Positions 26,645-41,179 of a DNA stretch of 64,000 bases are shown here, piece after piece. Position 1 is the stretch's first letter. Every line of letters begins with the position of its first letter. The notes beneath the pieces are model-generated. The model was not told where the DNA came from, did not search any database, and worked only from the letters and a program-made list of their open reading frames with translations. Source of the DNA: the human T2T-CHM13v2.0 reference genome, Homo sapiens; NCBI RefSeq assembly GCF_009914755.1, contig NC_060932.1, one strand, 5' to 3'. Position numbers and translations under genes: made by a program.

Positions 26645-26877
26645 CTCCCCACCGGCCTCCTCTCTCTCTCTCCCCCCCCACCGGCCTCCTCTCTCTCTCT
26701 CTCCCCCCACCGGCCTCCTCTCTCTCTCTCTCCCCCCACCGGCCTCCTCTCTCTCTCTCTCCCCCCACCGGCCTCCTCTCTCTCTCTCTCCCCCCACCGG
26801 CCTCCTCTCTCTCTCTCTCCCCCCACCGGCCTCCTCTCTCTCTCTCTCCCCCCACCGGCCTCCTCTCTCTCTCCCCC
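26645..26877. repeat. 29-bp minisatellite, 8 units of CCCCCCACCGGCCTCCTCTCTCTCTCTCT
   Basis: accggcctcc recurs at 26651, 26680, 26709, 26738, 26767, 26796, 26825 and 26854. Confidence 0.95.
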
Positions 26878-27631
26878 TCGCCCTTTTTTGCTTCCTTTTC
26901 CTTTAAACCACTAGCTTAACTCCTCTTCAGACAATTTGGGGGTGGGGGGAGGGTCCCACAGGTGGAAGTGTGTCCCCACGTCACATTTTTTAGAATATGC
27001 AGCCATACTACCCTCCTTATGGACAAACTGGAACTATTTTATTTAATTTAATACCACCAGATTCATTTCAGGGCAAGAAGGGGAGGGGATATTAATCAGT
27101 TTCAGAACGTTGCAACAAATTACACTTAAAGAACAGTTAGGAACTTGTTAATCTTCTGTCACCTACCTTGATGTGGTGCTGGGGATCTGGATTAGTCATT
27201 TAATACCTGCAGGCAAGACCAGAGCACGTGAATACAGGGAAGTCATTACAGCCAACCTGCTATGGTGTCTGAGTTTCTAGTCAGAGCCAGCCGCTGGCTG
27301 GAGTTAGAGTGGACACGTGAGTGAGTGATTCAGATTTGTCAGGTAACCAAGTAGCAGGTTCTGATAGGAATTTGATATTGGATGTAATTTCTTAGGATTT
27401 AATATTGAGTCCTTATACTTTAACTTTTACACAGAAAGATAACTAAGACCCTTTATGTTAAGTTTATTGCTGTCTTCCAAGACTAGGCAAATTTTCAAAA
27501 CTTAAAAATGATCTCTGGTTAACGTCAATAATATGTTTTATACTTTTTGGCTAATCTGGGAACAATTAATCATAACTAGATACTTTTAAAAGACATATAG
27601 GCTTGATTACTTAGGGATATGTTTTCTAGTT

Positions 27632-27919
27632 GTTTGAGGCAGGGTCTCGCTCTGTCGCCTAGGCTGGGGTGCCATAACACAATCACGGCTCACTGTAGCC
27701 TCGACCTCCTGGGCTCAAGCGATCTGTCTACCCCAGCCTCCCAAGTAGTTGAGACTACAGGCACACACCACTATGCCCGGCTAATTTTTTGTATTTTTTG
27801 TAGAGGCAGCGTTTCACAGTGTTTCCTAGGGTGCTCTTGAACTCCTGGGCTCAAGTGATCCTCCCGCCTTAACCTCCCCCAAAGCTTGGGGATTACAAGT
27901 GTGAGCCACTGTGCCCAGC
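27632..27919 (-). mobile_element. AluJ
   Basis: Antisense Alu dimer; TSD tgttttctagtt at 27620 and 27920. Confidence 0.9.
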
Positions 27920-28206
27920 TGTTTTCTAGTTTAGATTGGAATATATAAATTCCATTGTGATGTTACTTTATTTCAATTCTGTGATATAATACCCATGTAT
28001 AAATTATAGAGCCTAAAGTTGAACCCATAATAACCTGAAGTACCAGTTTTTGACTTTTTCTGGTAACAGATCAAAATAATAATTACTGTCATAATTACTC
28101 TTTCTGTTTTTACTACTACAAAGAAATACAATCAAGCTGAAACATGTGTCTCTCTTCCTCAGCAGTGTACTTGGGCAATGCAGTAATGAGAAGTGTGTTC
28201 ACTTGC

Positions 28207-28618
28207 TGTATTAGTCTGTTCTCATACTGCCATACAGAAATACGTGAGACTGGGTAATTTACAAAGAAAAGAAGTCTAATTGGCTCACGGTTCTGCAGGC
28301 TGTACAGGAAGCATAGAGGCTTCTACTCCATTTCTGGGGAAGACTCAGGGAGCTTTCAGTCATGGTAGAAGGCAAAGAGGGTGCAGCAATAAACACGGCA
28401 GAAGCAGGAGGAAGCGAGGGGGTGGGGGCTGCACACGTTTAAACAACCCGATCTCGCAAGAACTCACTCATCACTAGAGCAGCACCAGGAGATGGTGCTG
28501 AACCATACATGAAAAATCACTCCCATGATCCAGTCACCTCCCACCAGGCCATACCTCTGACATTGAGGATTATAGTTGACCTGAGATTTGGGTGGGGGCA
28601 CAGATCCAAACCGTATCA
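28207..28618. mobile_element. MaLR solo LTR (MST family)
   Basis: tgtattagtctgttctc...gagactgggtaatttacaaagaaaag...cccatgatccagtcacctcccaccaggc...ccaaaccgtatca. Confidence 0.85.
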
Positions 28619-29239
28619 CTAGCTCTCCTCCACAGTGCCTGTCTCAGTGTAGCAAGGTAATTCTCCCTTAATATTTGGAAGATTGATCTGGGTCTTCCAG
28701 CTTAGTCTGGGACAGTCAGACAAATAAGTATAAGACAATCAAAATCAAAGCACTATAAAACACATAATCGCATTAAGGTAAATGGTACTGACTATAGGTC
28801 TTAGAGAAATGTAGACAAAGTCAGGCTGGCCTAGAATAATATTAGATAAAGGTTTAACACCCTAACTACCTTCAGTAAAGAATTATTAGGGGGCTCCAGT
28901 GACATAAAGCGCTTTGAAAAGCATGAGAGACTATATAAATATGTGATGAATATTACACTTTGATTTACACACGAAGGGTCTGGGATAGATTATCAGAAGA
29001 GTTCATGGGTCAAATGCCACAGGTGAGAATAAGCATTTCATGGGTACTGATGAGGAAACTCAAACAGGGTGTGAGTTGGGAGTGGGGTACTACATGATGA
29101 CTGGGGAAGACCTTGGGATACTTCACAAAAATTCATGTGGCACCTGTATGAATAATTGGTGGGAGCACAGAAAAACATCAGAATTAAGGGAATTGCTGTT
29201 TTCAATCTTTACACACAAAAATTATAACAAATTAGATAA

Positions 29240-29666
<427 letters not shown>

Positions 29667-30696
29667 TTAACTTCATAAATCATGGGAAGCTGTGCTGGCA
29701 GTAGGAGATAACTCAGCAGTAGACAGATTGCTCTTCGCTGCTTTCTTTTAAGAAGCAGGTTATAAAACTGTTGGGAGCCTGGTGGAGTAGTTAATAGATC
29801 ATCGTAAGCAATTTGAAGTAATTTTTTTTTTTTTGATACAGCCTTGCATTTTGAAGGCAAGCGAGCTAGAGAGAAAAGAGTTTAGTGAGTAAGAAATCGG
29901 CGCCACCTCTGATTTTGTGCCACCTCTGGCACAAGTTTCAGGGCCTCTGGGTCCCCCAGCCTGGAACTTGTGCCACACTCTCTGCCTCACTGTGTGGCCA
30001 GTCACTTGCATCTGTGGCAGAGTCCCTGCGGTGAAACCCATGTTGGAATGTGACTGTTCAGAATGATACACGTTCTTGTCAGTGCATAGTTGGCATTATG
30101 ATATGTTTTTCACAAAAATAGTTCTATAATTTAGCCTGTTTTTTACATCCTAAAATACTTTGTCTCCTGCTAGTACATTTTGGTAATAAGCCTTGGGATC
30201 CCAGAGCATGCTGCTGGAGTATCTCTTCATTGATAGGTCTATTACTACGTAGACATCGCCGTAAGGCACACATTAATACAAGGCAATGTTTGTAGTAGGC
30301 TGTGGTCCCTCCTAAACCATGAGATAGCTGCATTGAAGTGTCACGAGCAGAAACAAATACCTGGCTTGGGAGTACTTTAAATTAGCAGATAACTGTCACT
30401 TGAAAGGTAATTAAGAAGCTTCTGCCAATGGCTCTCTTTTTATCTCTAGACACTGTCCCCAAAAGCTTTTAAGTTACAGTCTTGTTGGTCACGACTTATA
30501 ATAGGCCTGCCATGCCGATGATACAGTGCTAAGTTAGCCAGACACTTAAAAGATCTTTTTGATAAATATAAAATATTTTTAAAGGAATTGGGAAACAAAA
30601 CATCATGTGAATAAAAGTTTGTTTTGTGATCCTGGACTGGGTTTTAGATGAAATTCATGAAATCAGTTCTAAAACTTGAATCTTACTTTGTTTCAG

Positions 30697-30795
30697 ACCA
30701 CTAAGGCTTTTCTTCCTACGATGCTGGAGATTAATCATGGTCATATTGTGACAGTTGCAAGTTCCTTGGGATTGTTCAGTACTGCCGGAGTTGAG
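30697..30795 (+). CDS. RDH10: RDH10 coding exon 3
   Basis: [33 protein letters not shown]; tttcag acceptor, gtttgt donor; 99 nt, phase 0-0. Confidence 0.97.
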
Positions 30796-30981
30796 GTTTG
30801 TCAGATATATAGCATTTCTTTCGTTCAATCTGTTTATCCTGTGATAAGTACACCAGAACCTCCAGGAGAGCACCTGCTGCCCCTCCATTCATGAAAGCTG
30901 CACGAAGGCACTCTGCATGTGTGCTGCATGTAGAATGTTCCACAGGAACCCAGGGCCAGCCACTGGAATGGAATTCTATGT

Positions 30982-31142
30982 CAGGTGTGGTGGCGCACAC
31001 CTGTAGTCCTAGCTACTTGAGAGGCTGAGGTGGGAGAATCGTGCGAGCCCAGGTGTTCAAGACTGCAGTGAGCTATGGTGGCACCACTGCACTTCAGCCT
31101 GGGAGATAGAGCAAGACCCTGTCTCTAAAACAAAACAAAGAA
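30982..31142 (+). mobile_element. Alu right monomer (FRAM-like)
   Basis: caggtgtggtggcgcacacctgtagtcctagc...gaccctgtctctaaaa. Confidence 0.8.
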
Positions 31143-31997
31143 AGGGAATGGACTTCTGCCTCTTCTGCCATAAAATCTCTTACACTAGTTTGACAAAGCA
31201 GCAGCGACAAGAAAAGTAGATGGGCCAGCCCTCAGTGTGCCCATTTTCATTAGCAGCTTCACTTGACGATGGCAGGAGGCACAGGGCCAAGAATGGAACC
31301 ATGGAAAGCTGTGGGGAACAGAAGAATGAGGCCAGAGGTTCACATTCGGTTGTGGTCACCTTGCCAAAACTGAGCTATCTTGTATTAATTAGCCCATCAG
31401 ATGAGGCGGTCAGGTATCCTGCATTGTAAGTTTGTAGAATTGTAGAACTGGATTTCATCAAACCCTGTTCTTCACGATATTCAGATTATAAAGTATGAGT
31501 ATATATGTTGTTCTATCCTGTTTGTCCTCTGCATGCCTGTAAAACTGAAAACATCACTCCATGCAAATATGCAAAAGGACACATTATTTAAATAGCACCT
31601 ATATCAAGGGATTCCATTTCTGAAGTTGGGCCATGGACAATAACTTTTTTTCTATATTCTGTGCCTTTAGGTTAAGTTCTAGTTTAAGATTACAAGGCAT
31701 GATTATCATTTTCATTTTAACTTCGCCTTACAAAGAAAGTCAAATCATAACAATTTATAGCCTAAGCTAGATTTGCCTTTATTCTTCTTGCATTAATTTA
31801 AACAAACTGGTTTTTCTTTCTCCTTTACTGAACAAGAGACCATTTGTAAATTTTCCAGACACTTCAAAGTGAACCTCTCTCCATTTTAACTTCAGCTTGT
31901 GAGCTTTCATAGAATCCTTTATGGTAACTTCCCCAAAGTAATATGATACTTAGTTGATGTGACAAAAAGTATTCATCTGTTTCTGCTGTTGCTTTGA

Positions 31998-32372
<375 letters not shown>

Positions 32373-32532
32373 AGGTATCTGTCTTTTAAAATGATTTCCT
32401 TTTCTTTGTGTAGTCACCTGTAACCTTATGTATTAGACATCTAAACATGGTAATAGGACCAGGGAAGCTTTAGTTTGGTTGGAGATAGGGGCATATGCTT
32501 AGTATTTCTGCTTTCTCCCCTCTTTAACTCAG

Positions 32533-32678
32533 GATTACTGTGCCAGTAAATTTGGAGTTGTGGGTTTTCATGAATCCCTGAGCCATGAACTAAAGGCTGC
32601 TGAAAAGGATGGAATTAAAACAACCTTGGTTTGCCCTTATCTTGTAGACACTGGCATGTTCAGAGGCTGCCGAATCAG
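32533..32678 (+). CDS. RDH10: RDH10 coding exon 4 (catalytic YCASK)
   Basis: [48 protein letters not shown](R); ctcag acceptor, gtcagt donor; 146 nt. Confidence 0.97.
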
Positions 32679-34279
32679 GTCAGTGAGAACCTATATTATT
32701 ACTGATAAAAAGAATATGTTGGGAGAATATGTGGAACTGGACTTTCAAACATAACCTTGTATTTTAACTATCATTTGACAATCTGTGGCTTTTATTGGTC
32801 AAGATTTGTAAAGTTTGTAAAATTGGTGTATAAGATTTGCAAAGGAGAGACTGGTGCTACACACTGATACTAATTTGCAGAAATTAATCCAGAATCATTA
32901 GATAGGAAATGGCTTCTCTGTAAAGAGAAAACATAAGTATCCAGTCTTTTCCTTAGAAGCTCATCTTTTGGAGTTATTTTGTTTCTTTAAAATTGGTATT
33001 GGTAAATAAGGATTCTAGAAGAAAATTCCTTCATGTGACTTGGGTCTGGATATGAAGCAATGTTACTGTCACAGAGAGTAACGTGCCTTTCTTCTGAAAA
33101 GACCATTGAATATTACACTCCAGATTTGGAAACTTCCTTTTTGCAGCAAGCGTATGTAACTAGATTCACTCTGGCAGAATGAGAAGAACCATTTAGATAT
33201 ACTGAAAAATGAAATAAAATACCCACACACATAGAAAGGAGGTATATGGGAATATAAATGTCAAGTTACATCTGACTTGAGCTCAGCAGAATAAACAAAA
33301 CTGTGAATCATTAAGAGGATGCTTGTGAAGACATGCTTACTTTTATCTTTGCTTGGGTGAGTTTGAAAGGCAAAGGAAGATAACCAAACCAGTTCCCTGT
33401 TGGTTGGGGGCCATTCTTAACGTGTACTGAACTGAACAAGCAGCAAAATAGGTGGAAGGTGATTTGAATCACTCCAAAGTCAGGCTTGGAGTCCCAAGTC
33501 TGACCTGGAAAATGGACTCTAGCTCTGCCTCTTATCCCACACATGTGTGTGTCTGTGTGAACATGTGTGTGTGTTGGTGGTTTGTTTTGTTTTGTTTTCC
33601 TCTTATGTACTTGGGAAGCAGTTGCTGAGGGTCTTGCGGAGCTCTGTTTCCTCCAGTGTAGCATAGCAGCAGGTGCAGGGGTCCAAAGCTATGGTGGCAA
33701 AATGAAGAATGAAAGGAATAAATTGCACACTATCATTTCAACATGTAACCCAGTGAATCAAACTGAAGGTAGGATGTCTATATACCCTTCATTTCAGGGG
33801 CCCCTAGAGAATATACCTTAGCTTTCCCTCTTCCGGCATCCTGGAAAGTGGATACCTGTGGCCTTCCTTTCACTTTGAAAGCTTACACCCTCATTTTGAC
33901 TACAACTAATACTAAAAGCTTGGCATCTTGCTTGAGATTAGTGTTTGCTATGCCAAACACCTTCTCCTCTTTCTATTGAAAGCAAAACATAGGAAAATAA
34001 TTTGAAATACTTTTAAGGCATCTTAAAAACATGACTTTTTCATCTTATGGAAAAGCAGACCAATTTTGCTTTTTTTTCCCAACTTGTTCTCCAGACTGTG
34101 CCAATAAAATGTGTTCATAGCAGGAAAATTTGGAAAATACAGAAAAGCACTATGAAGAAAACAAAATGTACCCAAAATCCCATCACTCAGATAACATCAC
34201 TGTTAATGTTTTGATATGTATTTCCAGTCTTTTCTATTGTGTTAATTTTTCATTTTGTTTTTGAATAAATAACTTTCAG

Positions 34280-34411
34280 GAAAGAAATTGAGCCTTTTCT
34301 GCCACCTCTGAAGCCTGATTACTGTGTGAAGCAGGCCATGAAGGCCATCCTCACTGACCAGCCCATGATCTGCACTCCCCGCCTCATGTACATCGTGACC
34401 TTCATGAAGAG
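34280..34411 (+). CDS. RDH10: RDH10 coding exon 5
   Basis: [43 protein letters not shown](S); tttcag acceptor, gtaact donor; 132 nt; absent from the ORF track. Confidence 0.96.
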
Positions 34412-34513
34412 GTAACTGGGAGGGGTTCCCTCACTGACTGGGTCTCTCCATGCCTGCCCGATGTCTTAATTGAAACTTCAAGTTTGCTAACAGCTGTGAC
34501 TTCCCTTTTTCAG

Positions 34514-34637
34514 CATCCTACCATTTGAAGCAGTTGTGTGCATGTATCGGTTCCTAGGAGCGGACAAGTGTATGTACCCCTTTATTGCTCAAAGAAAGCA
34601 AGCCACAAACAATAATGAAGCAAAAAATGGAATCTAA
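34514..34637 (+). CDS. RDH10: RDH10 coding exon 6 (includes TAA stop)
   Basis: [40 protein letters not shown]; ttttcag acceptor after a 102-nt intron. Confidence 0.96.
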
Positions 34638-34770
34638 GAATCTTTTTGTATGGAATATTACTTCTATCAGAAGATGATCAAGATGTTTCAGTCCAGTGCA
34701 CATCAGCATTGCTGACATTTTATGGATTCTAAACTTGTGTTGTTTCTTTTTTAAATCAACTTTTTAAAAA

Positions 34771-34776
34771 AATAAA
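34771..34776 (+). terminator. RDH10: Proximal polyadenylation hexamer in the RDH10 3'UTR
   Basis: AATAAA 134 nt after the stop codon, with U-rich sequence upstream. Confidence 0.5.
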
Positions 34777-35209
34777 GTGTAAATTAACCGACTAGAGTAC
34801 TTGGAAAATGTGATCAGTACAAGTGAACTTAGGTTGTTGCCAACAGGGTCCTTTTAGGCAGAACCCAGAAACCAGTCAAATCTGTAGAGAAGCAGTGTGA
34901 CATCTTCAGGTTACCATTATTTTTTAATGAGCAGGAAGTCTAGAAATGATAACTAGACTGTATGTTTCATGTGTGTGATTTTTCAGAATTCCCAGAGTTT
35001 ACTCATTCTTGTTATTAAACTCTAGCCAGTTGACATCTTCGCAATTTCAAGGACTGATAGTGCTGTATTTTCTCACGTTTTCTAAGTTTCCGTTTTGCAA
35101 GGCCTAGGTGACTTTTTCATGGTGTTTGTATGTTTAGCTCTTTTGAAAAGGAATTTTGAAATCTCCATCAACTGAAGTAAATGATGTCTGAGTGTTACAG
35201 TAAAGGTGA

Positions 35210-35551
<342 letters not shown>

Positions 35552-36864
35552 TTGAATTTTTAATTTTATCTCTGATATACTTCATTAAGTGTCTGGAGAC
35601 CTAATTATCCTAAAAGATCATACATTTTCTACCTATGAATTTTGCTGCATACAGAAAGTGCCCTTTCCTCAGGAAGTTGCTGTGTTTCATTTCTTTGGAT
35701 GGACTCTTATCTAGAATACATAGCAGCTCTGCAAAGAAACAGTTTTTAAAAATGGGAACTTCTACATTGAAAAGTCCCCATTTTTGTGCCAACTATGATT
35801 AGTGAGAGGAAGAAATCTTATTCTATGGCATATGTATGGAAGGGTGTAAAGATTCTTTTGAAAGGTTTATTCACATTGTAGAACAGCAAATGACATTTTT
35901 ACAGTATTTTTTTGTAAAGCAAACTATTTTGTGCCTTGAATTTGGTATATGTGTATTAGTGAAACATTGTAAAGGTGAACTTCTACCTCTGTATCTAAAT
36001 GTATACCATCCACTTGTAAATGACTATAAACTATTATGTGATTGCTTTTTTTTTTAGAATGTCTTGTTTAAATAGTGGCCAATGTTTAAGGCTGTTAAAA
36101 TAAGCCAACTTTTACTAATTGGGGAGTTTTATAAATGACTGATTAAATTTAAAGAATTAACTTACATGCAATTGTGTGATTATTAGTTATCAGCAGTGTT
36201 GTAAGGAAAATTATTGTGTTTTTTTTTATGATCATTATCCCACTTTAGGTAAAGAAAAATATTGGAATGGAATAGTGTTGGGAAACAGACATTAACAACC
36301 TAGGGTGCCTGCACTCAAATAGCCGATGTTACTGTCCCTAGATTAGAGACTTGATTAAGGGCTTGTTTGTACCAAAAGTGGGGAAACAATGCCATGACCT
36401 GTGTTTTAGTTTGGCTGCACCACAGATCAAATCTGCACTGTGTCTACATATAGGAAAGGTCCTGGTGTGTGCTAATGTTCCCAATGCAGGACTTGAGGAA
36501 GAGCTCTGTTATATGTTTCCATTTCTCTTTATCAAAGATAACCAAACCTTATGGCCCTTATAACAATGGAGGCACTGGCTGCCTCTTAATTTTCAATCAT
36601 GGACCTAAAGAAGTACTCTGAAGGGTCTCAACAATGCCAGGTGGGGACAGATATACTCAGAGATTATCCAGGTCTGCCTCCCAGCGAGCCTGGAGTACAC
36701 CAGACCCTCCTAGAGAAATCTGTTATAATTTAACAACCCACTTATCCACCTTAAAACTGAGGAAAGTCGTCTTTACATCTAATTTTATTCTTGTGTGTTA
36801 TAACTTAAACCTATTTCTATTTTTGTTTGTTATTGCCCTTATAAGGGTGTCCATCTCCAAGTTC

Positions 36865-36870
36865 AATAAA
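36865..36870 (+). terminator. RDH10: Distal polyadenylation signal of RDH10
   Basis: AATAAA followed ~15-25 nt later by a U-rich downstream element (tttttttgtag). Confidence 0.75.
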
Positions 36871-36899
36871 CTAATTCATTTAACTTTTTTGTAGAAGTC

Positions 36900-37540
36900 T
36901 TTCATTCCCATGTCCCAGCCCAGTTCAATCACTTCTGTGGCTCTTCCTTGAATGTTGTCCATATTCTCCCTCCCATCTTTAGCTGTGGAGTTTGGAAAGG
37001 GATACAGTTAATGCAGGTTTAGAACTATGGAATTCCTACAAGTTGCATTTCTTCATCCCAATGTCACGTTCTTATTAATGCTACATTGCTGATTGTGTGC
37101 ATTATTGTTTCTAAACATGAAATCTCTTCTAGACAAGTCTGCCTGTTTGTGTTGATCACTTATGTAATTGCCAAGGTTGCTTTTCTGGCTGGTTATTTAT
37201 CTACACCTGCCCCCACCCCTTAACATGAATGCTGACTTTGAATATGTTCTCTTTTTTGTCATCTGGCCCATTCATGTGAATGTTCAGGGCCACTGCACTC
37301 AAGGCTGATCCCCTAAGGAGCACCACCTCTGTCTGTGAGCACCACCCCCAGCTCATACTGGCACTCTCCCTTTCTCTAACCTTTCAACCAATTTAATGAT
37401 AATTATATTGAGTGGGACCCAGGAATCAAAAGTTTTGAAGCCAACAAACATAAATTCCAACTATTGTTTTCCCCCTTGATCTACCAGGTCTGCTGCTCTG
37501 TCACAAAAGATTAGATTAGCCTGACAGGATTGAGCTACGT
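36900..37540 (-). mobile_element. Probable CR1/L3 LINE relic
   Basis: ctgtggctcttccttgaatgttgtcc...ctgatcccct...ctgtcacaaaagattagattagcctgacagga resembles antisense CR1 ORF2; highly diverged. Confidence 0.4.
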
Positions 37541-37552
37541 AAAGCCAGGCTG

Positions 37553-37554
<2 letters not shown>

Positions 37555-37594
<40 letters not shown>
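37555..37594. repeat. (GT)20 microsatellite
   Basis: Pure alternating GT run. Confidence 0.97.
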
Positions 37595-37596
<2 letters not shown>

Positions 37597-38199
37597 GGTA
37601 TCCTGTTTCCTTAGAAGGCTGTAGCTTTCAAATTTTCTCAAGTTAAAAGAAAATGTTTTCTTTTCCAACTGGCAGAAATAATTCTAAATTGACATTGACC
37701 TGAATCTTGGAAATTTGCTTTTGCCTCCAGCAAAATATAAGATCAGTAGGGGTTGGGGGAACAGGGTCATTCTTTCTATGCCAAATGTATTGCCTGTGCC
37801 TGAGTCAGAAGAGTAGGGAAAGCAAGGATGTAATGGTTCGGAAGTGGTGAGATGTGGGCCCTGGGCACATGTAGTCAGCATTTGCACACCAGGCATCTGC
37901 CGAAGCGCCCATCCCAGGGACTCGAGCGTGCAGGTAACTCACAAGTACACATGTAAGTATCTATGTGCACATGCCACAAATGAAGCCTCAGAGTATGATG
38001 ACATCTCAGTAAGGGAAGGAAAGGTGGCCTGGAAGGTTGGTGATGCAATGGATGGATTTGGGAATGGGAGTTTGCAGATTCCGGGGAACAGATTCTCAGG
38101 AAAGGCCCAGAGATCAAAAAAAGTAGATTATACTCATTATGACTGAAGCATAGAACATGGGAAGAGAATGACATGCGTTCCCTAAGGAGATCCCATCTT

Positions 38200-38800
38200 G
38201 AGAATGGCCTTCATTCCAGGCTGAGGAATGGGCCCTTCATTTGATACAGAAGAGAGAAGCCCTAGAAAGTTTTTAGCAGGAAAGTAACAGAAGCAGAGTT
38301 GTAAGTTAATAGGATCAATGAAGCCGCTGTGAAGAATTTCAAGGCACAAGAAGTAGGGAGCAGTGAGGAAGGAAGTTATTGCAGTAGTCCACGGGGAGGT
38401 GCTAAGAATGGGCCAGCAAGAGAGGGGGATAGGGAATGGAGGGAGAAACCCAGGCTGAGCAACCGATACCGCAGGAGGTTGAACTTGCAAGCCTAGGTGA
38501 CTGAAGATAGCTTATCCCTCGAGCCAAGTGGTTTTAAGTGGGAAGAACAGAATTCACCAACAGTGAATCTGATTTAGAAATGTTGCATTTGAGATGCCGG
38601 GTGACAATAGCTGGCAGACAGGCGAATAATCCTGGCCCTCGGGAAACAGGTTGGTGCTGGGATCCTGAAGTCATCCACATAGAGGCTGTGAAGTGAACAA
38701 ACCTGGGAGGGGGAAAGCACAGAATGAGTGGAGATCCAAGGACCCAGCTTGGGGAATGTGGGGGAGCAGCAGCAGAAGGTGTAAAAGGTGACAGAGTAAA
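38200..38800 (+). mobile_element. L2 fragment
   Basis: cagtgaggaaggaagttattgcagtagtcc...tgttgcatttgagatgcc...ctgaagtcatccacatagagg. Confidence 0.55.
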
Positions 38801-40079
38801 GTTAAGAAGGGAACTTTCTCCTCCCAAGGAGAAACCAGACTAGAAATAATTATCTCCTCTGCTTGGACCTAGTCCCCAGGCTGAGTCACACTTAAGAAAC
38901 CTCAGTCTGGCCCAAGAAAAAGAGTCTGTGTGGCCAGCCCTGGGGCAGAGGCCCAAAAGGTGAAGGGCAGTGTTAACAGACAGCACATGGAGGCTTCGAC
39001 CATGCACTCGGGTTTCTAGTAACTGAATCCATTGTTAAAAGGACCAAAGGAAAATTTCTTCCTGAGTGAATCCTGGAAACTGTTGTTCTTTGGCAATTTT
39101 CTTTGCTTGGCCTCAGAAGCATGACTTGCTTAGATGTGCAAGCAATGTTTCATCAGAACCCTGGGGAAAAACAAAATGCACTTTGAGTATCACCAAATGG
39201 ATACATGTTAGTGCAAATGAACTATTTTTATGTGCCAAAAAGATGAGACAGGACCTGCTTCTATCAGGGTGCTCAAAAAGACGGGTTCCTATCTGGTCCT
39301 TGAAGCACTAAACTCACAGCGGGCCAAGAACCTCTCAGGCAGGTCCTGGGTCAAGGTGGACATGCAGTGACTCCCAGCTTTCCCAGGAAATGTCACGGCA
39401 GAGCAGTGTGGAACCACAGTCTTGCTACTGTTTATTATGACGCTTTCTGGGGATTGCAGTTCCTACATTACAATAGCTATACCAAAGCACCTACACATTT
39501 CACAACTCATCTATTATTTGGGGGAAAGCATTGACAACACACAGCCACACAGTCCAGAGAATCCTGCTCATTGAGTAATTATTTCTCATTTAACGTGCTC
39601 CGTTGCTGTAGAGAACTTAATGTCTTCCAGGAGCTCCTCACAGGCTTTTGAGCTGTGACTGTTGAAACATTTCTACCACTAGCAAAACGCAAGAGAATTG
39701 ATTAGCAAGAAAAACAAAGCATCTTCAGCCCAGATTCTAAGTTTGAGGTTTTCCTGTCAAGGTGATTGAAACCATGCTGCAGGGAGAAACGTGTGTGCAT
39801 AGCAGCCATGAAGAATGCCCCTCTCCTTGTCCATACCTCATGGGTGGTCCACCTGAATGCCACTCAGCAGGCATCCCCTCCCCCTAGGGAGGAACCTGAG
39901 CCCAGCTCCTCCAGCCCTCTGCTAGCAGGTGGCCATCTCCCGGCCAGCCCAGCTTATCCAGGGCCTGAGTGGTCCAGGAGGCTAATGAGCAGATGGGAGT
40001 CCTGCCTGGACACAGGCATACTTACGTATGTTGACAGCACAGTATCCGGCAGCCACAGAGTTCCTGCTTAAGAGCTCAG

Positions 40080-40816
<737 letters not shown>

Positions 40817-40849
40817 CTCAGGGTCTGTTGTCAGACAGCCTGAGTGCAA

Positions 40850-41040
40850 GTCCAGCTCTGCATCTCCCTAGCCATGGATCCCAGGTCTTTTTCTTAACCT
40901 TCGTAAGTCTCAATCTCCTCATGGGTACACTGGGAATAACTGCAGTACCTATATCAAGAGCATCGTGAGGAATGTGGGAGGACACAGATAAGCACTTAGG
41001 ACTGTGCCTACCACACCTTGGAGGTGTGCAATAGATTGCA
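40850..41040 (-). mobile_element. MIR
   Basis: agtctcaatctcctcatgggtacactgggaataactgcagtaccta...gtgaggaat. Confidence 0.6.
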
Positions 41041-41179
41041 TTAGGTTGAATCATATGAAATTGCTGTGACTGAATTCTTTTGACCTACAAAAAAGGCACT
41101 TTTATCTCGTTCAACATAACAGTGATGATGGGGGATGGATAGTGACAGTACCTAGATCAGAATCTCTATTTATGGTACT

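Noticed and set aside
26645-26877. CRISPR-like regular repeat
   Set aside because: Head-to-tail units without unique spacers, in a mammalian intron
26537-26919. Six repetitive ORFs (ERERGG.../SLSLPP...)
   Set aside because: Translations of the 29-bp VNTR
29900-29930. Tandem GCCACCTCTG as CTCF sites
   Set aside because: One base short in the core relative to the CTCF consensus spacing
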